A stretch of DNA of 64,000 bases from an uncultured Gammaproteobacteria bacterium (GTDB lineage Bacteria; Patescibacteriota; Microgenomatia; Woykebacterales; RBG-16-39-9b). This document shows positions 25,053 to 34,464 of the stretch, piece by piece (position 1 is the stretch's first letter; the number at the start of each line of letters is the position of its first letter). The DNA lies in NCBI GenBank assembly GCA_964349395.1, contig CAYGGA010000001.1, forward strand, positions 65,991 through 129,990, in the 5' to 3' direction. Under the pieces are notes generated by a model. That model did no database searches and was not told the origin of the DNA. It saw nothing but the letters and a program-made list of their open reading frames with translations. The position numbers and the translations under genes were made by a program.

Positions 25053-26300
25053 ATGGATTTAAACTCTCTCCCCACTGGCCCGGGGGTGTACTTACTAAAA
25101 CGGGGCCGAAAAGTTTTATATGTGGGCAAGGCTCTAAATATTAAGGAAAGAGTCAAAACCCACTTGCTTGCGAGTAGACCTTTGTCTCCCAAAGCTTTTC
25201 AGATGAGGAGCGAAGTTAATAAAGTTGACACCATATCAGTACGCAGTGATTTTGAAGCTTTGCTTTTAGAAATCAATCTCATCAAAAAATTATCCCCAGA
25301 GTACAATATCAAACTTCGTGATGACAAAGATTACCTTTATCTAAAAATCACTCAAGAGGAGTTTCCGCGCGTCTTAGCAGTGCGAAAAAGAGATTTGGAG
25401 GGAAGTAAGTACTATCTAGGGCCTTTTCCCAATGCCACGCTTGTTCGTAAAACGATAAAAAATCTGAGGCGAATTTTCCCCTATTGCTCTGAGAAACAAA
25501 AAAACGGTAAGCCCTGCTTCTACTACCATCTGGGTCTGTGTTCAGGACCCTGTAGTGGGAAAATAAATGAAAAAGACTACCAGAGAATGATTAAGAACTT
25601 AATCATTTTTCTGGAAGGCAAAAGTGAGAAATTACTTATTAGTTGGCAAAAAGAGATGGAGAAAAAAAGCCAGCAGAAGAAGTTTGAAGATGCAGCCCAT
25701 CTGCGAGACAGAATTCAAGGAACCACATACCTTTTGCAGGAAAATAGAACCTTTGACTATTTGAAAAATCCAGATTTATTGGGTGAGCTCATCTGGGCTG
25801 AGACGCAGGAGCTTAAAAAGCTTTTGGGAATAAAGAGTCAGATTCATCGAATCGAATGTTATGATATCTCCCACATTCAGGGATCCCAAATGGTGGGGTC
25901 GATGGTGGTCTTTTATGATGGTCAGCCGGATAAATCAGAGTACCGTCGCTTCCGCATCAAAAGGATCGGGGGCGTAGATGATTATGCCAGTTTGCAGGAA
26001 GTACTGCGTCGGCGTTTCCACAATGATTGGGCACTACCAGACCTTTTGGTGATTGATGGTGGCAAGGGGCAACTCAATGCTTGCCTGGAAGTTTTGAAAG
26101 AGCTAAATATAACTATTCCGATGATCTCTCTAGCTAAAAGAGAAGAGGAGATTTACACCCAAGATGGATCTAAGATAAGATTGGAAAGGACCAATGAGGG
26201 TCTGAAACTTATTCAAAGATTGCGGGATGAAGCCCACCGTTTTGCGATTACCTACCACAGGAAACTTCGCAGCGATGCACTACTGAAACTACATGCGTAA
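25053..26300 (+). CDS. uvrC: excinuclease ABC subunit C, short form lacking the C-terminal (HhH)2 domain
   Basis: 415 aa. GIY-YIG (GVYLLKRGRKVLYVGKA). UVR domain. RNase H-like endonuclease domain (ECYDISHIQG...RDEAHRFAITYHRKLR). Confidence 0.85.
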   Translation: MDLNSLPTGPGVYLLKRGRKVLYVGKALNIKERVKTHLLASRPLSPKAFQMRSEVNKVDTISVRSDFEALLLEINLIKKLSPEYNIKLRDDKDYLYLKITQEEFPRVLAVRKRDLEGSKYYLGPFPNATLVRKTIKNLRRIFPYCSEKQKNGKPCFYYHLGLCSGPCSGKINEKDYQRMIKNLIIFLEGKSEKLLISWQKEMEKKSQQKKFEDAAHLRDRIQGTTYLLQENRTFDYLKNPDLLGELIWAETQELKKLLGIKSQIHRIECYDISHIQGSQMVGSMVVFYDGQPDKSEYRRFRIKRIGGVDDYASLQEVLRRRFHNDWALPDLLVIDGGKGQLNACLEVLKELNITIPMISLAKREEEIYTQDGSKIRLERTNEGLKLIQRLRDEAHRFAITYHRKLRSDALLKLHA

Positions 26301-26694
26301 ACTTGCCCAGTCATTTTTTATTTCTCTGATTGCTTTTTTCATAGTCGCCCAATTTATCCCTGGAATTGACTATGGTGGTGAAAACGTAAACCTGCTTTTG
26401 GTGAGTTTTACTTTTGCCCTCCTGGCAGTCTTTATCAAACCATTTATTAAAATGATCTTGCTGCCTTTCAATCTGGTCACTTTTGGGGCCGTGGGCGCGC
26501 TGATAAACTGGGGAATTATCTTCCTTCTTACTTTTATTTTGCCTTTCTTTAGTATTGGTAGTTTCAATTTTCCGGGGTACGACTTGGTCGGATTTATGAT
26601 TCCCTCTTTTACCTCAACAACATTAGTAACAGCCTCTATTCTCTCTATTGGAGTAAGTTTCACTAGCGCCTTGATCTATTATTTGATGAAATAA
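26293..26694 (+). CDS. small 4-TM membrane protein (DUF360/YvlD-like?)
   Basis: 133 aa, hydrophobic. FIPGIDYGG motif weakly resembles the DUF360 family. Confidence 0.4.
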   Translation: MRKLAQSFFISLIAFFIVAQFIPGIDYGGENVNLLLVSFTFALLAVFIKPFIKMILLPFNLVTFGAVGALINWGIIFLLTFILPFFSIGSFNFPGYDLVGFMIPSFTSTTLVTASILSIGVSFTSALIYYLMK

Positions 26695-26726
26695 CTCAGG
26701 AAATATGGTATTATTGGCCCTAATTC

Positions 26727-26960
26727 ATGTTCAATCTAAAAGACATCTTAACAGTCGCTCAGACTATCATCGCAGTTTTGATTATTGTCTTGGTTATCTT
26801 GCAGAACCGCGGTAGTGGTTTGGGCTCAGCTTTTGCCGGCGGAGAAACCGCGGTCTTCCGGGCTCGCCGGGGAGCAGAAAAACTCATGCACAACACGACC
26901 GTGATTTTGTGTATTCTCTTTTTCTTTCTGTCTATTTTTCTAGTTTGGTACCGAGTCTAG
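26727..26960 (+). CDS. secG: preprotein translocase subunit SecG
   Basis: 77 aa, 2 TM. LQNRGSGLGSAFAGG matches the SecG signature. Confidence 0.75.
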   Translation: MFNLKDILTVAQTIIAVLIIVLVILQNRGSGLGSAFAGGETAVFRARRGAEKLMHNTTVILCILFFFLSIFLVWYRV

Positions 26961-26973
26961 TAACCAAAAACTC

Positions 26974-28572
26974 ATGAAAGCCTTCAGAAGACTTTGGTGG
27001 TATTTCAAAAGTGCCATTTCTCGTTATTACCGGCGCTTTTTGCCGGTTATGCTCATCTTGGCGGGGCTAGTAATGATTTCCCCTTTTGTGAGGAGTACTC
27101 TCAGTCCTCTCTACCATGAATTTATTTCCCCAGTTCAGAAAGCAGTCTTAACTGAAGGTCTAGTCGGGTCAGTGAAGACTTTAAATCCTATCTTAGCCAC
27201 TACTGACAGTGAGCGAGATATTGATCAACTTGTCTTTCGAGGTTTGACCAAAACTGACTCCAGAGGCGATCCGGTGGGGGACCTGGCACGAGATTTCAAC
27301 GTGCAAAATAATAAAGAGTACACCTTTAGACTGCAGGATAATGTTTTTTGGCATGACGGGGAAAAATTCACCGCTGATGATGTGCTCTACACTGTAAAAA
27401 TAGCTCAAAATTCAAGTTTCCATTCACCCTTTTATGAAACCTTAAAAGATGCAGCAGTTACCAAACTCAGCGACTTTGAGGTGAGATTTACTCTAAAAGA
27501 GGAATTTGCCCCCTTTTTATCTTTGACAAATTTTGGCATTATCCCCGAGCACATCCCTCTTAACAAGTATAAACCAGTAGGGACGGGGCGATTTTCGATT
27601 GTGGAATCTAAAGATGATTATGTTTTGCTCAAAGGAGAGAGTTTTAACTTACTTTTTCGTTACTATGCCACTAGAGATTTGGCCTTAACTGCACTAAAAC
27701 TGGGTGAAATCCAATCTTTAGGTGGTCTGTCGTCTTCAGAAGCAGCCGAGGTGAATAACTGGGATAATCTGAAAATCTATAGTCAAAATCTAGCTCAGAG
27801 ATACGTCGGCCTTTTTATCAATGGCAGAAACGATAAACTCCAGGACAAGGCCGTCAGGCAAGCTCTACAAATGTCCACTCCAAAAGCGGATATTATCGCT
27901 TTCACGACTGAGAATAAAGCTCAAGAAGCTACCTCCTCTGTCCCTCTCAACTCTTGGGTACCGATACTTTCTAACACTCGCTATCGCTACAATCCTGAGG
28001 AAGCTAAAAACCTACTCGAGCGGGCGGGGTGGAAAATGGGAGAGGGCTCATATCGCACCAATGAGGGCCGTGAGCTAGCAGTCACAATTACCACTTTGGA
28101 TAACCGGACTTATTTGGAAGCTTTAGAAATGTTAAAAGAAAGTTGGGGCCAGATAGGAATCAGAGTGGAAAAACACACGGTCAGTAGCAACCAACTGCGA
28201 GATACAGTACTACCCAACCATCAATTTGAGATCCTGCTCAACTCCCAAGAAATCCCCGCGGATCCAGATCAGTACAATTTGTGGCACTCTACTCAGATTG
28301 GGGTGAGCAATATTGTGTCTTTAGACTCCCCTAAGATTGATAAAGTTTTGGAAGATGGCCGTCAAAGCCTGGAAAGAGACACCCGCATCAGTCGGTACCA
28401 GGATTTCCAAAGATTTTTGAGTGATGAGGCGCCAGTGATATTCCTTTATTATCCAGATTATTATTATGTGGTTTCAAATCGGGTGACTGGGGTGGATTTG
28501 CAGACATTAGGGCTGCCTAAAGATAGATTTCGCAGCGTAGATAAATGGGTGATTGGCAAAAAGTTTTTCTAG
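26974..28572 (+). CDS. ABC transporter substrate-binding protein, family 5 (oligopeptide/nickel type), membrane anchored
   Basis: 532 aa. N-terminal TM. Family-5 SBP-like sequence throughout. Confidence 0.7.
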   Translation: MKAFRRLWWYFKSAISRYYRRFLPVMLILAGLVMISPFVRSTLSPLYHEFISPVQKAVLTEGLVGSVKTLNPILATTDSERDIDQLVFRGLTKTDSRGDPVGDLARDFNVQNNKEYTFRLQDNVFWHDGEKFTADDVLYTVKIAQNSSFHSPFYETLKDAAVTKLSDFEVRFTLKEEFAPFLSLTNFGIIPEHIPLNKYKPVGTGRFSIVESKDDYVLLKGESFNLLFRYYATRDLALTALKLGEIQSLGGLSSSEAAEVNNWDNLKIYSQNLAQRYVGLFINGRNDKLQDKAVRQALQMSTPKADIIAFTTENKAQEATSSVPLNSWVPILSNTRYRYNPEEAKNLLERAGWKMGEGSYRTNEGRELAVTITTLDNRTYLEALEMLKESWGQIGIRVEKHTVSSNQLRDTVLPNHQFEILLNSQEIPADPDQYNLWHSTQIGVSNIVSLDSPKIDKVLEDGRQSLERDTRISRYQDFQRFLSDEAPVIFLYYPDYYYVVSNRVTGVDLQTLGLPKDRFRSVDKWVIGKKFF

Positions 28573-29501
28573 AAAGTAGTGCTTTGCGCAAACTGCAGCA
28601 AAGCTTCACTGTCACCTTTGCGGTCCTCACTTCCTAAAACGACAATCAAAAATTGGTGGCTCCCCCGTTGTACTAGAGTAACTAGGCACAGTCCAGCTTC
28701 TGGGGTATACCCGGGTTTAATTCCGAGGTAGCCCTCTAGATTTAGAGTCGGGGAATTATTTACCAAGACATAGTCTTTATGATTTTCTTCCTCAGTCACC
28801 GTGAACGGAAAAGTAATTTCTCGGGTGGCGACAATTTTTGCCAAAAGCGGGTAATCTCTGATGAGTTTGACCGAAAAAGCGGCAATATCAAAAGCCGAGC
28901 TGTACTGAAACCCTTCATCAAGGCCATTGGGATTTACAAAATGAGTGTTGTTTAGTCCCAAACTCTCGGCTTTTTTATTCATCTGGGCTACAAATTTGCT
29001 TTCCGATCCAGATGTAGCCTCGGCTAAAGCCACAGCAGCGTCATTGCCGGAGACTAAAATCAACCCATACAAAAGTTGGTTGATAGTAAGTTTTTCTCCT
29101 GGATACAAGCCCATACTGTCTGGGGTCTTGGAGGCAGCATATTTGGTGATTGTAGTGAAAGAATTGGGGTCAAGATGATCTAGAACCACCATACCCGTCA
29201 CTATCTTTTGGACACTGCCCACGGGGGTTCTCAAATCAGGGTTTTTACTCATGAGCAAGGTGTTGGTAGACAGGTCGACCACGTAAGCAGATTTACCAGA
29301 AATAATGGGGTAAGCCTCTTTTGATGGGGTAGCCAGCGTGTGAGGGGTCCAAAAAGGAGTTCTAGCCTGCGCAGCGGCAACATTTCCTTTACTTCCATCA
29401 CTAACAAACTTCGGCAGATCAAATTTAGTGTAAAAAGGAGAGAAGTAGAAAATGATTCCACCAGTTATTAATAAGAAAAAAACTCCAAAAAACTTCTTCA
29501 T
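28569..29501 (-). CDS. D-alanyl-D-alanine carboxypeptidase (S11 peptidase, PBP5-like)
   Basis: 310 aa. SVQK (SxxK), SGN and KPG (KTG-like) motifs. N-terminal TM. Confidence 0.8.
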   Translation of the reverse strand: MKKFFGVFFLLITGGIIFYFSPFYTKFDLPKFVSDGSKGNVAAAQARTPFWTPHTLATPSKEAYPIISGKSAYVVDLSTNTLLMSKNPDLRTPVGSVQKIVTGMVVLDHLDPNSFTTITKYAASKTPDSMGLYPGEKLTINQLLYGLILVSGNDAAVALAEATSGSESKFVAQMNKKAESLGLNNTHFVNPNGLDEGFQYSSAFDIAAFSVKLIRDYPLLAKIVATREITFPFTVTEEENHKDYVLVNNSPTLNLEGYLGIKPGYTPEAGLCLVTLVQRGSHQFLIVVLGSEDRKGDSEALLQFAQSTTF

Positions 29502-29548
29502 AGGACAGTAAACAAGCTTACTAAAAAATGTGAAGATCAGTCAAGGCT

Positions 29549-30058
29549 ATGATATACTACCAGGCAGATTTTTCAGGAGGCAGATCGTTGAAGATCAAGC
29601 TCAGTCGGAGAGACATTGAGGGTGTTATCCCACATCGCCGACACGCCCAATTTCTAGATTGGGCGGTAGTGGACACAGATAGTGGAGAGGTGACGGCTGC
29701 CTTTCGGGCGAGGAAATGGATGTGCGACGGCCACATGGACATCCTTCCTGGACATTTCATGGCGGAAGGGGTAAATCTGGCGATCGCCATAGCCGCAATG
29801 CATGGCAAGCCACCCAAGACCCAGGTCCTTCTGAGAGAAACTGGTAACGGCAAACTTTACCTGAAAGTCCCGCAAGGAGCACTGGTCACCGTGACTGGTC
29901 GAGTCAATAGCTGTGAAGTGGTGCGGAGGATTTTCCTGCGAGTAATCGCTTCGGGTGAGGCTACGGTGGGAGGCAAAAGGGCATTTACTGTACCGGCCGA
30001 AATCAAAGCCGTGATCGAATTGCCGGAAGAATCAGGCGAGAACAAGGCTGAGGAGTAG
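29549..30058 (+). CDS. hotdog-fold (FabZ/FabA-like) dehydratase, GC-enriched
   Basis: 169 aa. IPHRRHAQFLDWAVVD resembles the FabZ LPHRYPFLLVD motif. GC by eye about 55%. Lies on the 3' side of tRNA-Lys. Confidence 0.55.
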   Translation: MIYYQADFSGGRSLKIKLSRRDIEGVIPHRRHAQFLDWAVVDTDSGEVTAAFRARKWMCDGHMDILPGHFMAEGVNLAIAIAAMHGKPPKTQVLLRETGNGKLYLKVPQGALVTVTGRVNSCEVVRRIFLRVIASGEATVGGKRAFTVPAEIKAVIELPEESGENKAEE

Positions 30059-30072
30059 TCTAATCCTACTAG

Positions 30073-30103
30073 GGTGGTTGTGTCTACTGGTACAACCACC
30101 TTT
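30073..30103 (+). terminator. intrinsic terminator after the hotdog-fold gene
   Basis: GGTGGTTGT...ACAACCACC 9-bp stem followed by TTT. Confidence 0.5.
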
Positions 30104-30160
30104 ACTATTTCCGCCCTTCGTATTTAACATAACTTACCTTAGGATTAGCCAAGTGACTTT

Positions 30161-30178
30161 TGGTGAGCCGCAGAGGAA
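30161..30178 (-). repeat. 18-bp direct repeat identical to the 3' end of tRNA-Lys (att-like remnant)
   Basis: tggtgagccgcagaggaa is identical to 30280-30297 (acceptor/T-arm 3' portion plus CCA). It lies 101 bp downstream of the tRNA. Confidence 0.6.
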
Positions 30179-30279
30179 GGGGAAGCTGCGCTTCCTCTCC
30201 AGCTGAGCTGGACCGAACCGGAAGATCCGTCCTCATTGAGACTTACATAAACCAGTTTGGGCGTGGCCCAACTGTTTTA

Positions 30280-30355
30280 TGGTGAGCCGCAGAGGAATCG
30301 AACCTCTAACCGTCTCCTTAAGAGGGAGATGCTCTACCAATTGAGCTAGCGGCCC
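30280..30355 (-). tRNA. tRNA-Lys(CTT)
   Basis: 76-nt cloverleaf. Anticodon stem TCTCC/GGAGA. Loop CTCTTAA. T-loop GGTTCGATTCC. Encoded CCA. Confidence 0.85.
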
Positions 30356-30448
30356 ATAACAACTACATTATACCAATAAAAGAAATTATTAGCACTTTAA
30401 TTAGCTACGGTTCTTTCTTTTTTTATCCCCACCATTTAATATACTTAC

Positions 30449-31414
30449 ATGGTTTCTAGAGAAGAAATTTTAAACTCCCTCCAATATGTGGTTGATAATT
30501 CTAAATTTGTGTCTATCAGCCAAAACGCTATCTTAAAATATGTCCAAAACTTTGTTTTAACTCCTGCTACTCACTGGTCTCACCAAACTCCTTTTAAATA
30601 TCCAGGGCAGAAGACTTTTGAAGAAGAAATTGATTTTCTCTTTTTGATTGGCAACCAAGCTTTTTGCTATTGGGGCAGCCCAAAGTGGACTATTGATTAT
30701 CAAAACCAAAAACTAGATGGCTGGTGGGCAGCAATAGCCAGTTTCCAAAGAGCAATAGAAAGTGGAACATCCATACTAGATGGAAGCTATCTAGCCTCTT
30801 TGTCTGAAGAACAAACTAAGGAACTTTTTGCAGGGACACCAGAAATCCCTCTTTTGATAGAAAGACAAGGTATGCTAAATAAAATTGGTAGAGTTTTGGA
30901 GGCAAAATATGCAGGCAGTTTCCATAACTTTTTTAGCTCAGTAGATAAAACAGCTATTAATCTAGCACAAGCCCTTAGTGATGAGTTTGCTGGGTTTGAT
31001 GATACTGCTAGTTACAAGGGAAAAAGAGTTTATTTTTACAAAAAGGCTCAGTTGGTAGTCAATGACATTTTCTCCAATATTTTAGGTCAAGATAGTAATA
31101 TTACCGGGATTGGTCAACTTCTAGGCACAGCTGATTACAAAATTCCAGCAATACTGAGACAACACTGGATTTTGGAGTACACTACCGACTTGGCAGAAAG
31201 AATTGATAACCAAGTAGAAATCCTTGAGAAGAGTGAGGAGGAAGTGGAAATTAGAGCATCGCAACTAATTGCCGTGAAGCAAATTTCTGACCTCTTAAAA
31301 CCCAAATATCCCCAGCTAACCCCACCTGCAATACAAGATATTCTCTGGCTTTCTACTCAGGGTTTGGGGAGTCTACAAAAACCCTATCATCTGACCAAAA
31401 CAATTTACTACTAG
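30449..31414 (+). CDS. queuosine salvage protein, DUF2419/Qng1-like
   Basis: 321 aa. Family resemblance including the RVYFYKKAQLVVNDI motif. Assignment made from memory of the family. Confidence 0.5.
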   Translation: MVSREEILNSLQYVVDNSKFVSISQNAILKYVQNFVLTPATHWSHQTPFKYPGQKTFEEEIDFLFLIGNQAFCYWGSPKWTIDYQNQKLDGWWAAIASFQRAIESGTSILDGSYLASLSEEQTKELFAGTPEIPLLIERQGMLNKIGRVLEAKYAGSFHNFFSSVDKTAINLAQALSDEFAGFDDTASYKGKRVYFYKKAQLVVNDIFSNILGQDSNITGIGQLLGTADYKIPAILRQHWILEYTTDLAERIDNQVEILEKSEEEVEIRASQLIAVKQISDLLKPKYPQLTPPAIQDILWLSTQGLGSLQKPYHLTKTIYY

Positions 31415-31453
31415 CTTGTTGATTTTAGAATCTATTGGGAGTAAAAAAGACCT

Positions 31454-31726
31454 ATGCAAGAAGAAAATCCCGAAAATATGGATTCTGATAGAGATGGTTT
31501 GAGTGACGCTGATGAAGCCAGGGTGGGTACAGACCCCCTTCACGCGGACACTGATGGGGACCGGATTCCGGACGGGGTAGAAGTTACCAGATACCGTACT
31601 GAGCCGACCAGAGTCGATACTGATGGGGATCGCATTCCTGACGCTCACGAGATCGACACCTATCGCAGCGATCCAAACTCCACTGACACTAACCGAGATG
31701 GAGTCTCAGACAACCAAGAAATCTAA
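31454..31726 (+). CDS. small Ca2+-binding protein with four thrombospondin type-3-like repeats, GC-enriched
   Basis: 90 aa. Repeats DSDRDGLSDADE, DTDGDRIPDGVE, DTDGDRIPDAHE, DTNRDGVSDNQE. No signal peptide. Confidence 0.5.
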   Translation: MQEENPENMDSDRDGLSDADEARVGTDPLHADTDGDRIPDGVEVTRYRTEPTRVDTDGDRIPDAHEIDTYRSDPNSTDTNRDGVSDNQEI

Positions 31727-31773
31727 ACTGCATAACTCTTTCCAAATCACTCAAAAAACCTTATTCTAATAGT

Positions 31774-33024
31774 ATGGATTCAGGAAGTTTTAATGTCTCA
31801 AGTTTAGACACTCAACAAACCACCCCCAAAAGCAGAAGGAAAATTGTTATAACTATTGTAATTTTTATATCCTTGCTGATTGCCGGAGGGATCACTGCAT
31901 TTTTTCTTCTCACTCCAAAAGAAGGCAAAATTGTCTCTCCACTTTCTGTTATCCAAGAAAAACTAGCTCCCAAGAACTGCAACGTGGATCAACCAGACTC
32001 AAATTACCAAAAAGGAACCTCAGCTTACCCTCGTCTGGACTGGGCCAACAACAAAATTGGGGTGTATTCTTTTGCTGACCGCGACTCCCTAGAAAAGGCG
32101 GGGCCCATGGTAAATGGCAATGGGGGAGACTGGGGTTGGGTCTTGATACCTTTTAACATCAAACAAACTTCCGAGCCTTATTGGAACTCTGTTTTTGAGA
32201 TTACCTGCCAGCAACACTTAATACCTATTTTGCAGCTTTTTAATGAGAGCAAACCTCCAACTGAAAGTGAAACTAAAGCGATGGCTGAATTTTTGGCCAA
32301 ACTAAAATGGCCCACCAAACTGAAATTTATCACTGCCTACAATGAGGTGAATGCTTCTGAGTATTGGGGAGGCAAGATTGATCCAGAAGGATATGCGCAG
32401 ACTTTAGATTTGACTATCCGTGAGCTTAAAAACAGGGATAAGGACTTTTTTGTGATGAATGGCGCTTTCAATAGCTCCGCTCGGACCAATCCTGGTTTTA
32501 AAACTGATCTAGGAGTCTTTACTGCTTATTTGGACTTACCAGACTTTTTAGACAGGATGGAAAAGGAAGTTCCGGGTATCTTTAAAAAATTGGATGGCTG
32601 GGCTTCCCACACTTATCCTCACCCCGGGTACAAGGGTAAACCACTGGACACGACTGTCCCTGGGGAAAGTGAGTATGAGAAGGGTAGAAATACCATGCGT
32701 AGCTACCTTTATGACCTAAAGGTAGTCAAAGACAAATTTGGCATCGACTTGCCGGTCTTTATTACCGAAGCTGGTTGGCCTCACCGCGAAGGAACGACTA
32801 CTCACAATGAATGGCTACCTGCTACCACCGTAGCTGAGTACTACAAAACTGTTTTTGAACAGCTCTACCTGACGGACCCGAAAGTTGTAAGCGTCACCCC
32901 ATTTATTATGAAAATGAAAGGGGTAGATAATTTTGCTTTCATTGATAGTAAAGATGCACCTTACCCTCAATACAACATTATTAAAAACCTCCCTAAAACT
33001 GCCGGCCGGCCGGAGCTGGAGTAA
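31774..33024 (+). CDS. membrane-anchored glycoside hydrolase, clan GH-A (GH5-like)
   Basis: 416 aa. N-terminal TM. ITAYNEVN (NEP-like acid/base) and FITEAGWP (nucleophile Glu) motifs. Confidence 0.6.
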   Translation: MDSGSFNVSSLDTQQTTPKSRRKIVITIVIFISLLIAGGITAFFLLTPKEGKIVSPLSVIQEKLAPKNCNVDQPDSNYQKGTSAYPRLDWANNKIGVYSFADRDSLEKAGPMVNGNGGDWGWVLIPFNIKQTSEPYWNSVFEITCQQHLIPILQLFNESKPPTESETKAMAEFLAKLKWPTKLKFITAYNEVNASEYWGGKIDPEGYAQTLDLTIRELKNRDKDFFVMNGAFNSSARTNPGFKTDLGVFTAYLDLPDFLDRMEKEVPGIFKKLDGWASHTYPHPGYKGKPLDTTVPGESEYEKGRNTMRSYLYDLKVVKDKFGIDLPVFITEAGWPHREGTTTHNEWLPATTVAEYYKTVFEQLYLTDPKVVSVTPFIMKMKGVDNFAFIDSKDAPYPQYNIIKNLPKTAGRPELE

Positions 33025-33057
33025 GTTAATAGTTAAAAGTTTAGAATTAAAAGTTAG

Positions 33058-33348
33058 ATGACTTACTACAAAGTTCCGACCAGACAAGAGATTAAAATAG
33101 GTTCTAGAGTTAAAGTTATTGAGAAAGTGAATTATGAAACAGGCGAGGTAACCGAGGGGACAGTGGCACAAATATTAACCTCTAAGCCAAATCATCCACG
33201 CGGAATTAAAGTACGCCTGACAAATGGAATTGTTGGGAGAGTTCAAGCTCTAGGGGGTCAGCCCATTGTGCCAGTGGAAACACAAGAGCCAGAGGTTACG
33301 GATGGACCAAAGGTAGAGTACAATCCTGAGGAAGACGAACTTTTGTAA
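33058..33348 (+). CDS. YwbE-family small protein (DUF2196)
   Basis: 96 aa. TGEVTEGTVAQILTSKPNHPRGIKVRLTNGIVGRVQ matches the YwbE signature. Confidence 0.6.
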   Translation: MTYYKVPTRQEIKIGSRVKVIEKVNYETGEVTEGTVAQILTSKPNHPRGIKVRLTNGIVGRVQALGGQPIVPVETQEPEVTDGPKVEYNPEEDELL

Positions 33349-33396
33349 CATCAAACATCAAAAAGTAAATATTTCATTTTTTCTTTTTTACTATTG

Positions 33397-34464
33397 TCAC
33401 TTCTTTGGCCCCAAGGACCGTTTAACTTCATCAAGAAGTTGTTTCTTAGGGATAGTGGCTACCCCAATCGTCATATCCGCCGCTCCATAGTATATATAGT
33501 ATTCCTCCTCGATCTCCACAGCTCCACAAGTAAAGACAACATTGGGTACAAAACCAAACTTCTCAAAGCTCTCCTGAGGGTCTAGGATGGGTTCTGGGGA
33601 ACGATAAATCACGTCAGTTGGATTATCATGGTCTAGGACCAATAAACCCAAACGGTAGGTGTTGAAAGAGTCGACCCCATGGTAGAAAATCAACCAACCC
33701 ACTTCTGAGTCAATGGGTGGGGACCCAAGACCTACTCTGACACTGTCCCAGTAGCCGCTTCTTTCTCTAAAGACAATATGAGGTTCACTGAGCTCTACTA
33801 AATTTATCGAGTGGGAGAAAAAGGTCTCATTTTGGAAAGTACGGTAAAGAAGCCAGTACTCACCTTTTACCAACATTGGGAAAAGTGAGGCATTTTTAGC
33901 ATTTAAATTGGGGACAATCACATCTTGGTCTTCAAAAGTTTTGAAATCCCGAGTTGTAGCTAGAGCAACTCTGATTCTTTTGGCTACTTTTTCTGGCCAG
34001 TTAGGATTTACCACTCCTTCCGGGTCGATCGAAACGGCGGTGTAGACCACATAAAATAAACCATCAATCTTGACGATGCGCGGATCTTCTACCCCTAGGC
34101 TCTCAAATTCATGCCTCTTATTACCTTCATAGACTGGGTAATCCTGCCTATCAAAGTGAAGACCATCAGTTGAGGATGCATAACCAAATCTGGAGATCCC
34201 ATCTTCCCCCATCGCGCGGAAAAGCATATGGACGACTCCTTGGTCATAAATAACCGCGGGGTTGAAGACCAACCAGTTTTCCCAGGACAGGGAAGTTGGA
34301 GTTAATATTGGGTTGGCGTGGTAGCGTTGTAATTTCACAAAGACAGTTTTGTACCCCTCTAGTGTAAAACAGATTGTGTTGGTATGTAAATTGTTGTTAA
34401 ATATATTCATGCAGAATACGCAGAGAAGAAGACAATTTATCAAATCCATCGAGGCTAAATCCAT
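33397..34464 (-). CDS. GH130-family glycoside phosphorylase/hydrolase (DUF377 fold)
   Basis: 355 aa. RYHANPIL start region. DPRIVKIDGLFYVVYTA. The true start is probably the internal Met (about 34410). Confidence 0.7.
   Translation of the reverse strand: MDLASMDLINCLLLCVFCMNIFNNNLHTNTICFTLEGYKTVFVKLQRYHANPILTPTSLSWENWLVFNPAVIYDQGVVHMLFRAMGEDGISRFGYASSTDGLHFDRQDYPVYEGNKRHEFESLGVEDPRIVKIDGLFYVVYTAVSIDPEGVVNPNWPEKVAKRIRVALATTRDFKTFEDQDVIVPNLNAKNASLFPMLVKGEYWLLYRTFQNETFFSHSINLVELSEPHIVFRERSGYWDSVRVGLGSPPIDSEVGWLIFYHGVDSFNTYRLGLLVLDHDNPTDVIYRSPEPILDPQESFEKFGFVPNVVFTCGAVEIEEEYYIYYGAADMTIGVATIPKKQLLDEVKRSLGPKK

Noticed and set aside
30160-30280. Second tRNA gene downstream of tRNA-Lys
   Set aside because: The segment shares only the 3' acceptor/T-arm fragment with tRNA-Lys. 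A D-arm-like AGCTCAGCTGG is present, but no anticodon arm or 5' acceptor strand can be formed. Treated as a tRNA fragment or att remnant rather than a gene.
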